64,000 nt of DNA, taken from positions 39,405 to 103,404 of the forward strand of contig JBJMMR010000052.1 of NCBI GenBank assembly GCA_045804645.1. The letters are read 5' to 3'. The translations under genes and the position numbers were made by a program. The notes beneath the pieces were generated by a model. It saw nothing but the letters and a program-made list of their open reading frames with translations, ran no database searches and was not told where the DNA came from. Positions 53,620-63,103 of the stretch are shown one piece after another. This stretch comes from Chloroflexota bacterium. GTDB taxonomy: Bacteria > Chloroflexota > Limnocylindria > Limnocylindrales > CSP1-4. Each line of letters opens with the position of its first letter. Within the stretch, counting starts at the first letter, position 1.

Positions 53620-54213
53620 ATGCCGACCCCGCCCAGGACCTCGCTGGAGCAGATCGTCAAAGCAGGTCGCGACATCATCGAAGCCGACGGGATCGACGGA
53701 CTCACCATGCAGTCGATCGCGGCGCGCGTCGGTGTCCGCGCGCCCTCGCTGTACAAGCGGATCCGAAACCGGAACGACCTACTGAGACTTGTGGGGAACG
53801 ATGCCGCGGCGGAGCTGACGCGCAAGCTCGAGGCGGCCGTGGGCGGCGAGGACGCCCGGCAGGACCTCGCAGCGATCGCCAGGGCGTTCCGCCGGTTCGC
53901 GCGCGCAAACCCGGGCGCGTATTCGCTGATCTTCGCGCCACTCCCCGACGATGCTCGCGCCGACGCGGAGTGGAGCATCAAAGCGAGCGCTCCCGTCATC
54001 AACGCGACGGAACGTCTTGCCGGTACGGACGAAGGGCTCGAGGCCGCACGCACCGTGGTTGCGTGGGCCAACGGCTTCATCGCGATGGAGCTCGCCGGGG
54101 CGTTTCGGCTGGGGGGTGATGTCGAGCGAGCATTCGACTACGGCATCGACCGCCTCTCGGCAGCGATCGACGCAAAGGCACCTGAGACGGCCGTGACGCG
54201 CGCCCGGCGCTGA
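53620..54213 (+). CDS. TetR family transcriptional regulator
   Basis: N-terminal HTH: LTMQSIAARVGVRAPSLYKRIRNRNDLL. Confidence 0.85.
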   Translation: MPTPPRTSLEQIVKAGRDIIEADGIDGLTMQSIAARVGVRAPSLYKRIRNRNDLLRLVGNDAAAELTRKLEAAVGGEDARQDLAAIARAFRRFARANPGAYSLIFAPLPDDARADAEWSIKASAPVINATERLAGTDEGLEAARTVVAWANGFIAMELAGAFRLGGDVERAFDYGIDRLSAAIDAKAPETAVTRARR

Positions 54214-54285
54214 CGACGAAGGGACCACCCCTGCCGGGACGACTTTCTCGGCCGGGCGGCGCCCAGCCGGACCTAGACTCGGCCG

Positions 54286-55578
54286 GTGGACCCAGCCGCC
54301 CAGACGTTCGTCCAGCTCGTCGTCCTCGTCCTTCTCGGGCTGCTTGTCGCGCGCATCGTCACCTCCATCCCCGGTTTGCTCCGCCGCGATCGTCGCCCCG
54401 AGGCGCGCTCGATCCTCGTCGTCGGTGTCGGCGGTGGAGGTAGCAATGCGGTCGACCGGATGGTCGATGTCGGGCTTCCTGGCGTCGGCTTCGTCGCGGT
54501 CAACACCGACGCGCAGGCACTGCGTGAGTCACGCGCCGAGCAACGGGTGCGCATCGGTGACCGCGTCACGCGCGGGCTGGGCTCGGGAGGCGATCCCGAG
54601 ATCGGACGCCGCGCGGCCGACGAGGATGCCGAGCGGATCGCGGCTGCCGTCGCAGGTGCGGATCTCGTCTTCGTCACAGCAGGTCTCGGTGGTGGCACGG
54701 GTTCGGGCGCGGCGCCGACGGTGGCTGCCAAAGCACGCGAAGGCGGCGCGCTGACGATCGGTGTGGTCACCAAGCCGTTCGACTTCGAAGGCACACCCCG
54801 ACGCGATGTCGCCGAAGACGCCGCCGAAGCGTTGCTGGCCGAGGTCGACGCGATGATCACCGTCCCGAATGATCAGGTCGGTCAGGTCATCGACCCCGAT
54901 GCGTCCGCGCTCGAGGCGTTCCGGGTCGTCGACGAGGTTCTGCTCAAGGCGGTCGAGGGCATCGTCGAGCTGTTGACCGCGCCGGGTCTGATCAACCTCG
55001 ACTTCGCCGATATCCGGTCGGTCGTGCAGGGCGCCGGACCGGCACTGATCGGTCTCGGCGAGGGTCGTGGCGACGATCGTGCGGTCATCGCGGCCCGCCA
55101 GGCGGCGTCCAGCCCGCTGCTCGAGTCCAGCATCGAGGGAGCCCGCGGCGTCTTGCTTCAGATCGCGGGACCCGCCGATCTGAGCCTTCGCGAGGTGCGT
55201 GCTGCAGCCGATGTCGTGCGCGCCGTGGCGGATCCGCGAGCGAACGTGATCTTCGGGGCCAGCATCGGCGCCGTGCCGGACGACCAGGTCTACGTCACGC
55301 TCATCGCGACGGGCCTCGACGGTCAACCACGTTCCGGAACCTTCCCGCGTCCGACACCACTCGTCCGCGAAGCTGTCGCCTCGCCGACCGTCGCGACACC
55401 ACCAGCCACGCCACCAGGCGGGACCGAGCCACGCGCCGTGCCGGCGCAGCTCCAGTTCGATCCCGACGAACCCCTCGAACTCCCGACCTTCCTGCGGAAC
55501 CCCCGACCGACGTCGGGCACCGGTCGTCGGCGCGAGCCGCGGAAGACGCCGACGCCGACCGGTTCACGGCGCGGCTGA
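54286..55578 (+). CDS. ftsZ: cell division GTPase FtsZ; the ORF as drawn carries an N-terminal hydrophobic extension
   Basis: Has GVGGGGSNAV, NTDAQAL, the tubulin signature GGGTGSGAAP, VTKPFDFEG, the T7 loop NLDFADIRSVV and the C-terminal peptide DEPLELPTFLRN. The first 30 codons from GTG 54286 encode MDPAAQTFVQLVVLVLLGLLVARIVTSIPGLL. An alternative in-frame TTG lies at 54376. Confidence 0.9.
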   Translation: MDPAAQTFVQLVVLVLLGLLVARIVTSIPGLLRRDRRPEARSILVVGVGGGGSNAVDRMVDVGLPGVGFVAVNTDAQALRESRAEQRVRIGDRVTRGLGSGGDPEIGRRAADEDAERIAAAVAGADLVFVTAGLGGGTGSGAAPTVAAKAREGGALTIGVVTKPFDFEGTPRRDVAEDAAEALLAEVDAMITVPNDQVGQVIDPDASALEAFRVVDEVLLKAVEGIVELLTAPGLINLDFADIRSVVQGAGPALIGLGEGRGDDRAVIAARQAASSPLLESSIEGARGVLLQIAGPADLSLREVRAAADVVRAVADPRANVIFGASIGAVPDDQVYVTLIATGLDGQPRSGTFPRPTPLVREAVASPTVATPPATPPGGTEPRAVPAQLQFDPDEPLELPTFLRNPRPTSGTGRRREPRKTPTPTGSRRG

Positions 55579-55583
55579 AGCCC

Positions 55584-56207
55584 TCAGGGCTCGGCTGACA
55601 GCCGCTCCCCCGCCTCGATGCGCATCGGTAGCCGGTTCTCCGCGGGCGTGAGCGGGCAGGAGTACTTCGGGTCGTACACGCAGGACGGGTGGTAGGCGAG
55701 GTTGAAGTCGAGCGAGTACGTGCCGTCCTCTTCGGGCTCCAGGTCGAGGTACCGTCCGGCGCCGTACGTCTCCGTGCCGCTGGTCGCGTCGAGGAACGGA
55801 ACGAACAGCGACTCGTCGACCCCGCCGTCGAACGTGTAGGCCGTCAGCCCATGTCGCGCGCCGTCACGCTCGAACCGCAGTACGCCCGCTCGATGCGCCG
55901 GCCGCAGTCGTCCGTCAGAGGTCGGGATCTGGAAGTTCGACGGTTCATCGCCGGCGTACGGCTCGAGCTGGAGGTCCTCGAAGCGCCAGTCGGGGTCGAT
56001 CTCGTAATACGGCAATCCCTTGAACGTCGATCGTTCAGCCTCGGGTACGGGACTCCCGGGGTCCGATCCGAAGAATGCATCCTTGTCGGCCCGGAACGAA
56101 GCGACGGCTTCCTCGTACGTCTGTGGTCGATGCTCGTGGTGGTGGTGATGCTCGTCGTCATCGTGCTCGTGCGCGTGTTCGTGGTGCTCGCCGTGGCCGT
56201 CGGTCAT
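55584..56207 (-). CDS. DUF1684 protein with a His-rich N-terminus
   Basis: Reads FKGLPYYEIDPDWRF...GTETYGAGRYLDL...DFNLAYHPSCVYDPKYSCPLTPAENRL. The N-terminus is GHGEHHEHAHEHDDDEHHHHHEH. Confidence 0.8.
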   Translation of the reverse strand: MTDGHGEHHEHAHEHDDDEHHHHHEHRPQTYEEAVASFRADKDAFFGSDPGSPVPEAERSTFKGLPYYEIDPDWRFEDLQLEPYAGDEPSNFQIPTSDGRLRPAHRAGVLRFERDGARHGLTAYTFDGGVDESLFVPFLDATSGTETYGAGRYLDLEPEEDGTYSLDFNLAYHPSCVYDPKYSCPLTPAENRLPMRIEAGERLSAEP

Positions 56208-56290
56208 GAGGTGCCTCCGCTCGGCGGCATCGTGCGCGCCTCGGCGCGGCCTGTCGACTCTGCTAGCCTGCCCCTCTCGCGAGGGGGTAT

Positions 56291-57598
56291 ATGAGCCGTC
56301 ATCCGACTGGCCCGCGAGGGTCGCTCGTCGCCACTGCCGCCCTTGTCGCGCTCATCGTCGCCGGATGCATGCCGTCCTCGAGTACGCCTGCGCCTTCGGG
56401 CGGGCCCTCCACACCCGGCGCGCCATCCGCCTCACAGTCCGCGACGACCGCCACCGGATCACCACCTGGAGCCTCTGCGAGCGCCGGCCCATCGGTGTCG
56501 GCCGCGGCAGAACTCCTGCCGATCTCCGGCGTCTGGCGGGTCCGCAAGGTGCTCCGCGCCGAGGACCAGTCTCGGCCCGTCGCCGACGCCGCGTTCGACG
56601 AGGAGACCTATCGCGTCGATGCGTCCTGTGACCAGGAACCGTGCGAGACGGTCAAGGTGACGACGACGCCGCTCGGTCTGACGTCACCGGCGACCGTCGT
56701 CGACATGACCCGCGAGGGGGCGATCTACAAGTCCTCCGGCCAGCTCGCTCAGGCGTCGAGCTGTGTCACCGGCCTCGGCGACCGCGTGGATGGCGGGGTG
56801 GACACAGCATCGGTCCTGCGTCTGTGGGTCACGACCGATCGCCCGGTGGGTTCATCGGTGGCGTCGGTGGCACTGCACGGCAGCGTCGAGCTGACGATCA
56901 CACCGACGCCGATCGGCGAGGACGCGGGCTGTGAACCAGACACAGCGGCGTTCGAGCTGACCGGCCGACGCGAGGAGGTCGCCGTCCGGGATCCCGATGG
57001 ATCGACCGCGGGACCTGACCTACATCCACCGACCGGTGCCACGTACGTCGCGAGAAAGACGGTCACTGCCCGAGTGCCGGGCGCGACCGTCCGCTATTTC
57101 GACGTTAGCGGCGACACGTCCGCGGAGCTCGCAGAAAGCGTCGGCCGGGGTGGCGCGAAGGCGTGCGGGATGATCGACTACGAGTGGTTCCGCGGCGACG
57201 CCCGTCCGAGCGCGTGCACGCTCACTCGCGTCAGCGACACCCGTCAGTCGATCCGGCTTTCGACGAGCGCGTCCTCGGGGTCGTGTCGCATCCGAGAAGC
57301 CCGCGTTGGGACGAGCTACATCGTCTATATCCCGCGCTGGAGCGATCCCGCGCGCGTACCGAAGCCACTGCTCGATTGGTGGCGGAAGATCGTCGTCTTC
57401 ATCGCCGACCATGAGGCCGGGCACGTCAAGATCGGCCGCGACTACATCCGGCGGCTCAACGAGCGCCTCGTCGGCAGACCCTGTTCGGACCTGAGTTCGA
57501 TCGTCAGATCATGGGCGAGCCAGCACGCGGCAGCGCAGGAGGCGTACGACCGAAGCGAGTACTCGCGACCGTGGCCGCAGCCCGCGGCCGGCTACTAG
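56291..57598 (+). CDS. lipoprotein with a C-terminal DUF922-like putative Zn-peptidase domain
   Basis: Has the lipobox LIVAGC and a low-complexity S/P/A linker. The C-terminal part contains IADHEAGHVKIG (HExxH). Confidence 0.65.
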   Translation: MSRHPTGPRGSLVATAALVALIVAGCMPSSSTPAPSGGPSTPGAPSASQSATTATGSPPGASASAGPSVSAAAELLPISGVWRVRKVLRAEDQSRPVADAAFDEETYRVDASCDQEPCETVKVTTTPLGLTSPATVVDMTREGAIYKSSGQLAQASSCVTGLGDRVDGGVDTASVLRLWVTTDRPVGSSVASVALHGSVELTITPTPIGEDAGCEPDTAAFELTGRREEVAVRDPDGSTAGPDLHPPTGATYVARKTVTARVPGATVRYFDVSGDTSAELAESVGRGGAKACGMIDYEWFRGDARPSACTLTRVSDTRQSIRLSTSASSGSCRIREARVGTSYIVYIPRWSDPARVPKPLLDWWRKIVVFIADHEAGHVKIGRDYIRRLNERLVGRPCSDLSSIVRSWASQHAAAQEAYDRSEYSRPWPQPAAGY

Positions 57599-57619
57599 CG
57601 GCCGGCTACGAGAGGATCG

Positions 57620-58114
57620 TCAGCGGGACGCCAGAGGAAGCTGGATGTCCCAGTCTGCCGAGTCGAGGTCGTAGGAGGCGTAGCTCGCTCGATGCCGACC
57701 GACTTCGACGACGTAGTCCGTCGTCCGCGGGATCGCTGGAACCTTGAACGTCACCGCGCATTCCTGGTCACCGCTCGAGGAGCCGTTCGAGACGGGCGCC
57801 AGCGCCGGCCCGAGTGAGCCACGCGCGATGATCGCACCGGACCCGTCATACAGATTCACGCTCTGACCGGGCGCGAGCGACACGGCCAGCATCGCCTCGG
57901 CGCACTCGGGTTGGGGTGAAGGGCTCGGGAAAGCCAACTCACGATGGACGTCGCGGTCGAACTGCGCCTGCGCCGTGTCCACCCAGGTGACCACGCCTGT
58001 CAGCGTTCGGACGGCTCCCTGCGCGACGAACGCGCGTGCGACGAGGACCGCCGACGCGATCAGGACGACCGCACCGACGATCGCAAGGATCGAGGGAGCG
58101 CGCGAGGTCGTCAT
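57620..58114 (-). CDS. membrane-anchored hypothetical protein
   Basis: Start at the internal ATG (MTTSRAPSILAIVGAVVLIASAVLV). Has a single TM followed by a beta-rich ectodomain. Confidence 0.5.
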   Translation of the reverse strand: MTTSRAPSILAIVGAVVLIASAVLVARAFVAQGAVRTLTGVVTWVDTAQAQFDRDVHRELAFPSPSPQPECAEAMLAVSLAPGQSVNLYDGSGAIIARGSLGPALAPVSNGSSSGDQECAVTFKVPAIPRTTDYVVEVGRHRASYASYDLDSADWDIQLPLASR

Positions 58115-58170
58115 CGCAGCGGTATAGCGCGGTGGAGGCCCCATGTCGAGGCGTTGACTACCCTGTCGGC

Positions 58171-58749
58171 ATGAGACGCGTCATCTACCACATCACGATC
58201 ACGACCGACGGTATGTATGCCGATCCCGACGGCGGTCTCGGTGACTTCGATCCAGCCGAGGACGAGCACCGGTACGCGAACGACCTCGTACGCGACGCTG
58301 GCGACATGGTCATGGGTCGCGTCATGTACGACGTCATGGACTACTGGGACCGACTCGACCTCGACGATCCGGAGGTTTCCGACGTGGAGCGGGAGTTCGC
58401 GACGTTCTGGCGGGAGACGCCGAAGCACGTCGTGTCGCGCGGTGATCCAGCGCTGCGGGCGAACGCGACGAAGCTCGAGGGCGACGTCGTCGAAACGGTT
58501 CGCCGGATGAAGGAGGGCGATGGCCCACCGATCATGTTCGGAGGCGGAGCCGATCTGTTCGCGACCGCGACCGACGCCGGGCTCATCGACGAGTACCGGC
58601 TGCTCATCGCACCGATGGCGCTCGGGCAGGGCAAGCGGCTCTTCGCCGAGCTCGAAGAGCCGCTGAAGCTGCGCCTGACGAGCTCGCACACGTTCCCGTC
58701 GGGAGCGGTGCTGCTCGAATATGTGCGCCGCGACGCACCCGCAGGCTAG
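58171..58749 (+). CDS. dihydrofolate reductase-like (RibD C-terminal domain) family protein
   Basis: Reads MRRVIYHITITTDGMYADPDG...MGRVMYDVM..YW...FGGGADLF...GLIDEYRLLIAPMALGQGKRLF. Confidence 0.8.
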   Translation: MRRVIYHITITTDGMYADPDGGLGDFDPAEDEHRYANDLVRDAGDMVMGRVMYDVMDYWDRLDLDDPEVSDVEREFATFWRETPKHVVSRGDPALRANATKLEGDVVETVRRMKEGDGPPIMFGGGADLFATATDAGLIDEYRLLIAPMALGQGKRLFAELEEPLKLRLTSSHTFPSGAVLLEYVRRDAPAG

Positions 58750-59963
58750 GAGCGAGGCGGCAACCGCTGCCAGGACCTGCCGCCGTCAGCCATCCATGAC
58801 GGTTGGGTCTGCTCGGGCGGACCATCCGGATCCAGGACGAAGTCCGTGCCATCGAACCGGCTCGTGATGATGAACGTGTCGTCAGGCGACCAGCGGTAAT
58901 ACCAGCCCCATCCGGACGGGTAGGGCTCGCTGATGGGTCTGCACGTGCTGCCATCGACGCCGACGACGCACAGGCCACCCCCATTCGTATCCATCCCCAC
59001 GACGCGGCGTCCGTCGTTCGAGAGCTCGCCATACCCGACCGGGAGCGTATGCGAGGTGCCCGAAGCCTGGTCGACGACTTCGGTGAACGAAGTGTTGTTG
59101 ACGGCGTGGTGGAACGCATATCGGGTGCCATCGGCGGACCAACCCGAGCCCCGCACATTCGAAGTGATCCCGTTCGTGTCGAGGACACCGACCTTGCCGG
59201 TGTCCAGCGAGTACACGGCAAGCTGGTCGTAACCAGCCGTCCCTTGGGTGAACATGAAGGCTCGGCCATCGGGCGGCCGCCAGTAGATCTTGCCATCGCG
59301 GTAATCGATCGGCGGCACGGTGATCGTGCCCGAGACCGTGTCGACGAGGTAGACGGCCATCAACTCCGTTCCGGCGAGCATCGCGATCGTCCGTCCATCT
59401 GGCGACCAGACGATCGAGTCCGGATCGACGTTCGCCACTCCCTCCGTCCCGAGGACCTTCTGGTTCCGCCCGTCGGCGTCCGCGACGACCGCAGTGTCGA
59501 GCTTGCCGTCGCCACGCAGGAAGAAGAGCCGCGTCCCATCGAGCGAGAACTGCGGCGCATGATCGTGTGCGTCTCCGGTGATCACCGGACGGCGGGCGCC
59601 GGTCACCGGATCGACCGTGTAGATGTCGCCTTCCGTGTCATAGGCGACGACTCCATTCGCCGCCGGCCCGAGCATCGGCGCGGGGTTCGACCGACTGCCT
59701 GCGTAGATCAGAGCCGTCGCGGTCAGGAGGACGACCAGGAGCGCAAGCAACCCGATCGTTCGCCAGGGCACGGGGCGCATCGCGCGCCGGCCGGCGGTGA
59801 TCGCTGTCATCGGGAGCCACCTTTCTGGGAAGCTCCAGCGCGGCCGCTGGCTCGTGGCCGCGGTGCGCTGAAGCAGGTCATCACGGAAATCGGGCATCCG
59901 CGGCGAGGCGGCCTCATTCAGCCACGTCGTGATATCCCGCTCGAAGAGGTCGTAGCGGTTCAT
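58746..59963 (-). CDS. single-pass membrane protein with a TolB-like beta-propeller ectodomain; probable anti-sigma partner
   Basis: Has a cytoplasmic N-terminus, a TM (IGLLALLVVLLTATALIYAG) and WD40-like repeats (...VWSPDGR..., ...GWSADGT..., ...RWSPDD...). 4-nt overlap with the ECF sigma gene. Confidence 0.65.
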   Translation of the reverse strand: MNRYDLFERDITTWLNEAASPRMPDFRDDLLQRTAATSQRPRWSFPERWLPMTAITAGRRAMRPVPWRTIGLLALLVVLLTATALIYAGSRSNPAPMLGPAANGVVAYDTEGDIYTVDPVTGARRPVITGDAHDHAPQFSLDGTRLFFLRGDGKLDTAVVADADGRNQKVLGTEGVANVDPDSIVWSPDGRTIAMLAGTELMAVYLVDTVSGTITVPPIDYRDGKIYWRPPDGRAFMFTQGTAGYDQLAVYSLDTGKVGVLDTNGITSNVRGSGWSADGTRYAFHHAVNNTSFTEVVDQASGTSHTLPVGYGELSNDGRRVVGMDTNGGGLCVVGVDGSTCRPISEPYPSGWGWYYRWSPDDTFIITSRFDGTDFVLDPDGPPEQTQPSWMADGGRSWQRLPPRS

Positions 59964-60526
59964 GCGATCACCCCTCGCCCGATAGGGCCGGGCGCGGCTT
60001 CGTCGGCGGCGATCGCCGCCCGAAGGTCTGACATGGCACGGTGAAGGCGCGACTGCGCGGTGCCCTGGGGGATGTCGAGCGTCTCGGCGACCGCCGAGAA
60101 GGGCATCCCCACGAAGTAGTGGAGCACGATGATCGCCCGTTGCTCCGGGCGGATCCGTCGAAAGCCACGTTCGATGAGATCGCGGTCGGCGATGAGCCCG
60201 CTCTCGTCGCCGATGATCGGCGGCGAGATCGGCGAGAGGTCGACTTCGATCGGTCGCCGTCGACGCTTGCGAACGGCGTCGAGGCAGGCGTTGACGGTCA
60301 ATCGATGGAGCCAGGCGTCGAACCGCGCCGGGTCACGTAGTCCGGGCAGATCGCGCCAGGCTCGGATGTACGCATCCTGGACCGCGTCGCGCGCGAGCTC
60401 CGGGTCCCGGACGATCAGGCGGGCGACAGCCTCCAGCCGCGCAAGGGACGCATCGACGAGCGCGGCGAACGCGTCATGATCGCCTCGGCCTGCTCGCTCG
60501 ACGAGTCCTCGCTGGTCCACGGTCAC
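59960..60526 (-). CDS. ECF-type sigma-70 family sigma factor
   Basis: Region 2: DAVQDAYIRAWRDLPGLRDPARFDAWLHRLTVNACLD. Region 4: IIVLHYFVGMPFSAVAETLDIPQGTAQSRLHRA. Confidence 0.9.
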   Translation of the reverse strand: MTVDQRGLVERAGRGDHDAFAALVDASLARLEAVARLIVRDPELARDAVQDAYIRAWRDLPGLRDPARFDAWLHRLTVNACLDAVRKRRRRPIEVDLSPISPPIIGDESGLIADRDLIERGFRRIRPEQRAIIVLHYFVGMPFSAVAETLDIPQGTAQSRLHRAMSDLRAAIAADEAAPGPIGRGVIA

Positions 60527-60590
60527 CCTCGGTGACGTAGCCGTTCGGCCACGCTCTAGGGTAGATGGCGTCGAAAGTGGTCAAACTTGT

Positions 60591-60645
60591 CCGACGCCGT
60601 TCCGACGCCGTTCCGACGCCGTTCCGACGCCGTTCCGACGGCCGT
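60591..60645. repeat. 11-bp tandem repeat CCGACGCCGTT x4 plus one degenerate unit
   Basis: Read directly. The minus strand reads AACGGCGTCGG, giving four phased GGAAC motifs. Lies 65-120 bp upstream of the ECF sigma start in the divergent intergenic region. Confidence 0.9.
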
Positions 60646-60699
60646 GTCCCCTGTCCCGCGGCCCTGTCCCGCGCCCCGTCCAGCCCCCGGAGGAGACCG

Positions 60700-61878
60700 A
60701 TGACCATCGCCGAACCGCGGATGGACCGCATGGTCGCGAGCGTCGAGCACGTGTTCAGCTGGTTCATGAGCGGGGACTGGGAACAGCATCACCTGGACCC
60801 GGGCGTCGCCGACTTCACGTTCGGGAACCCGCAGGAGCTGCCACTCCCCGGGCTGGTCGACGCGCTCCGGTCGAACGCGATCCCCAGGGACAAGGACTGG
60901 TTCGCGTACAAGATGAGCGAGGAGGAGCCGCGGAACGTCGTCGCGGCGTCTCTCCGCGAGCGCACGGGCATCGACTACCGCGCCGAGGATGTGGCGATGA
61001 CCGCAGGCGCCTTCGGCGCGCTCGGAGTCACGATCCGGGCACTCGCCGACGAGGGCGATGAGGTGATCTTCCTCTCGCCGCCGTGGTTCTTCTACGAGCT
61101 GATGATCGCCTCGGCCGGAGCGACCGCTGTCCGCGTCCGACTCCAGCCGCCGGGGTTCGACCTCGATCCCGATGCCATCGCCGCTGCCATCACGCCCCGG
61201 ACGCGCGCGGTCCTGGTCAACAGCCCCCACAACCCGACCGGGCGCATCTACGGCGCTGCCGAACTGCGGGCCCTGGGCGAGGTCCTGCGTTCCGCCTCGG
61301 AGCGTCATGGCCGGCCGATCGCGCTGCTGTCCGACGAGTCGTACAACCGGATCCTGTTCGACAGCATCGACTTTCGCACTCCCGCGCTCGACTACGACGC
61401 GACGATCACGATCTACACGTACGGCAAGACGACGCTTGCTCCGGGCCAGCGGATCGGGTATGCCGCGCTTCACCCGGAGTTCCCGGACCGAGCCGCCGTC
61501 GGGTATCGCATCTTCGTGCAGCAACTGGCCGCCGGGTGGGGCTTCCCGAACGCCCTGCTGCAGCACGCGATCCGCGACCTCGAACGAGTGTCGATCGACA
61601 TCGGTGCCCTCCAGGCGCGACGCGACCGGATGGTGCCCGCGCTGCGCGATATGGGCTACGAGGTCACGAACCCGCAGGGCACGTTCTACCTCATGGCCAA
61701 GTCGCCCGATCCCGACGATCTCGCCTTCGCGACCCGCCTCGCGAACCTCGGAGCGCTCGTCCTGCCTGGCACGATCGTCGAGTCACCCAGCTGGTTCCGC
61801 ATCTCGCTGACGGCCAGCGACCAGATGGTCGATCACGGTCTGCGGGTATTCCGCGAGGCGCGACTGTCGGCTAGCTGA
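60700..61878 (+). CDS. class I/II PLP-dependent aminotransferase
   Basis: ATG preceded by GGAGGAG. Contains VLVNSPHNPTGRIY and YTYGKTTLAPGQRIGY (Lys-containing PLP region). Confidence 0.85.
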   Translation: MTIAEPRMDRMVASVEHVFSWFMSGDWEQHHLDPGVADFTFGNPQELPLPGLVDALRSNAIPRDKDWFAYKMSEEEPRNVVAASLRERTGIDYRAEDVAMTAGAFGALGVTIRALADEGDEVIFLSPPWFFYELMIASAGATAVRVRLQPPGFDLDPDAIAAAITPRTRAVLVNSPHNPTGRIYGAAELRALGEVLRSASERHGRPIALLSDESYNRILFDSIDFRTPALDYDATITIYTYGKTTLAPGQRIGYAALHPEFPDRAAVGYRIFVQQLAAGWGFPNALLQHAIRDLERVSIDIGALQARRDRMVPALRDMGYEVTNPQGTFYLMAKSPDPDDLAFATRLANLGALVLPGTIVESPSWFRISLTASDQMVDHGLRVFREARLSAS

Positions 61879-61961
61879 CGTTGACTGCTGGCACCGCGGC
61901 GCCGAGACTGGCGAAGGCCCCCAACGACCCCCGAGGAAGAGCGCGCAGGAGGGTTTTGGCC

Positions 61962-63038
61962 ATGCGACGGCGAGTCGGCAGCCTGATAGGTGCTGCCCTG
62001 GTTCTTGGCGCGACGGTGCTGGCGGCAGCCGCGCCGGTTGCCGCCCACGACCGCGACGGACGGGCGACCGTCATCAAAGATGGGCTGTCCTCGCCCAAGG
62101 GTGTCGGTCTGCTGACGAGGAACTCGATCGTCGTCGGGCAGGGTGCATACGCTCCGCCCGCCGCGCCCGCATTCGAATACGTCTTCCGAGGGCCGCATAA
62201 GGGCACCTTCACGAACCTGACCGACCCGCTCAACATCGTCGATCTGGCGGTGACGCCCGACGGTGCTGGCTGGGCGATCGGGAATGACCACAAGCTGTAC
62301 CGCCAGGGGTCGGACGGCGTGATCAAGGTCGTCCTCGATATCGCGGCCTACCAGAAGGCCGATCCGGACCCGTACAACAACCCGGTCGAGGACCCAGCCG
62401 AGACGAACCCGTTCGGGCTCGCGGCGTTGAAGTCGAATGACGTCCTCCTCGCCGACGCTGCCGGCAACGACATCATCCGCGTGAAGGCCGATGGCACGGC
62501 CTGGACCGTCGCTCGTTTCCCGCGGCGCCTCGTCAAGACCGACAAGGTCGGCGACGCGAGCCTCCCGCCGAAGCTCCCCGCCGAAGCGGTCCCGACGAGC
62601 ATCGCCATCGGACCGGATGGCTGGGCGTACGTCGGGCAGCTGGTCGGCTTCCCCGGTCGACCCGGGGCCGCCTACGTCTGGCGAATCAACCCGAACGCCA
62701 AGGATGCGTTGTGCGTCGCGGGGCATGCGAACTCGAAGTGCCGGACGTGGAAGGGCGGCTTCACGTCGATCATGGATCTCGGGTTCGACCCGCGGAACGG
62801 GACGCTCTACGTGTATGAGCTCGCACGGCACGGATTCCTCGCGTTCGAGGCGGGCTTCCAGCCGGGCGGGAAGTTCCCAGCCGCGTTGCTGATCCAGGTG
62901 CCACGGCACGGTGAGCGGCGTGAACTGGTCCGGGGCGAGCTCTCGCAGCCGGGCGGCATCGTCGTCGGCCGCGGAGGCGAGGTCTTCGTGACCGACGGCA
63001 TGTTCACGGGCGGTCGTTTGCTGCGGATCCGTCCATAG
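61962..63038 (+). CDS. secreted beta-propeller-like protein (resembles the ScyD/ScyE family)
   Basis: ATG preceded by AGGAGGG. Has a signal peptide (LIGAALVLGATVLAAAAPVAA) and repeated ...P.G.A....G..YV... modules. The family assignment is from memory only. Confidence 0.55.
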   Translation: MRRRVGSLIGAALVLGATVLAAAAPVAAHDRDGRATVIKDGLSSPKGVGLLTRNSIVVGQGAYAPPAAPAFEYVFRGPHKGTFTNLTDPLNIVDLAVTPDGAGWAIGNDHKLYRQGSDGVIKVVLDIAAYQKADPDPYNNPVEDPAETNPFGLAALKSNDVLLADAAGNDIIRVKADGTAWTVARFPRRLVKTDKVGDASLPPKLPAEAVPTSIAIGPDGWAYVGQLVGFPGRPGAAYVWRINPNAKDALCVAGHANSKCRTWKGGFTSIMDLGFDPRNGTLYVYELARHGFLAFEAGFQPGGKFPAALLIQVPRHGERRELVRGELSQPGGIVVGRGGEVFVTDGMFTGGRLLRIRP

Positions 63039-63103
63039 GAGCGACTTCCATCTAGCGGGACTTCGAGAACGCGAATCTCCCGAGCGCGCGACATCCCCTG
63101 AGT

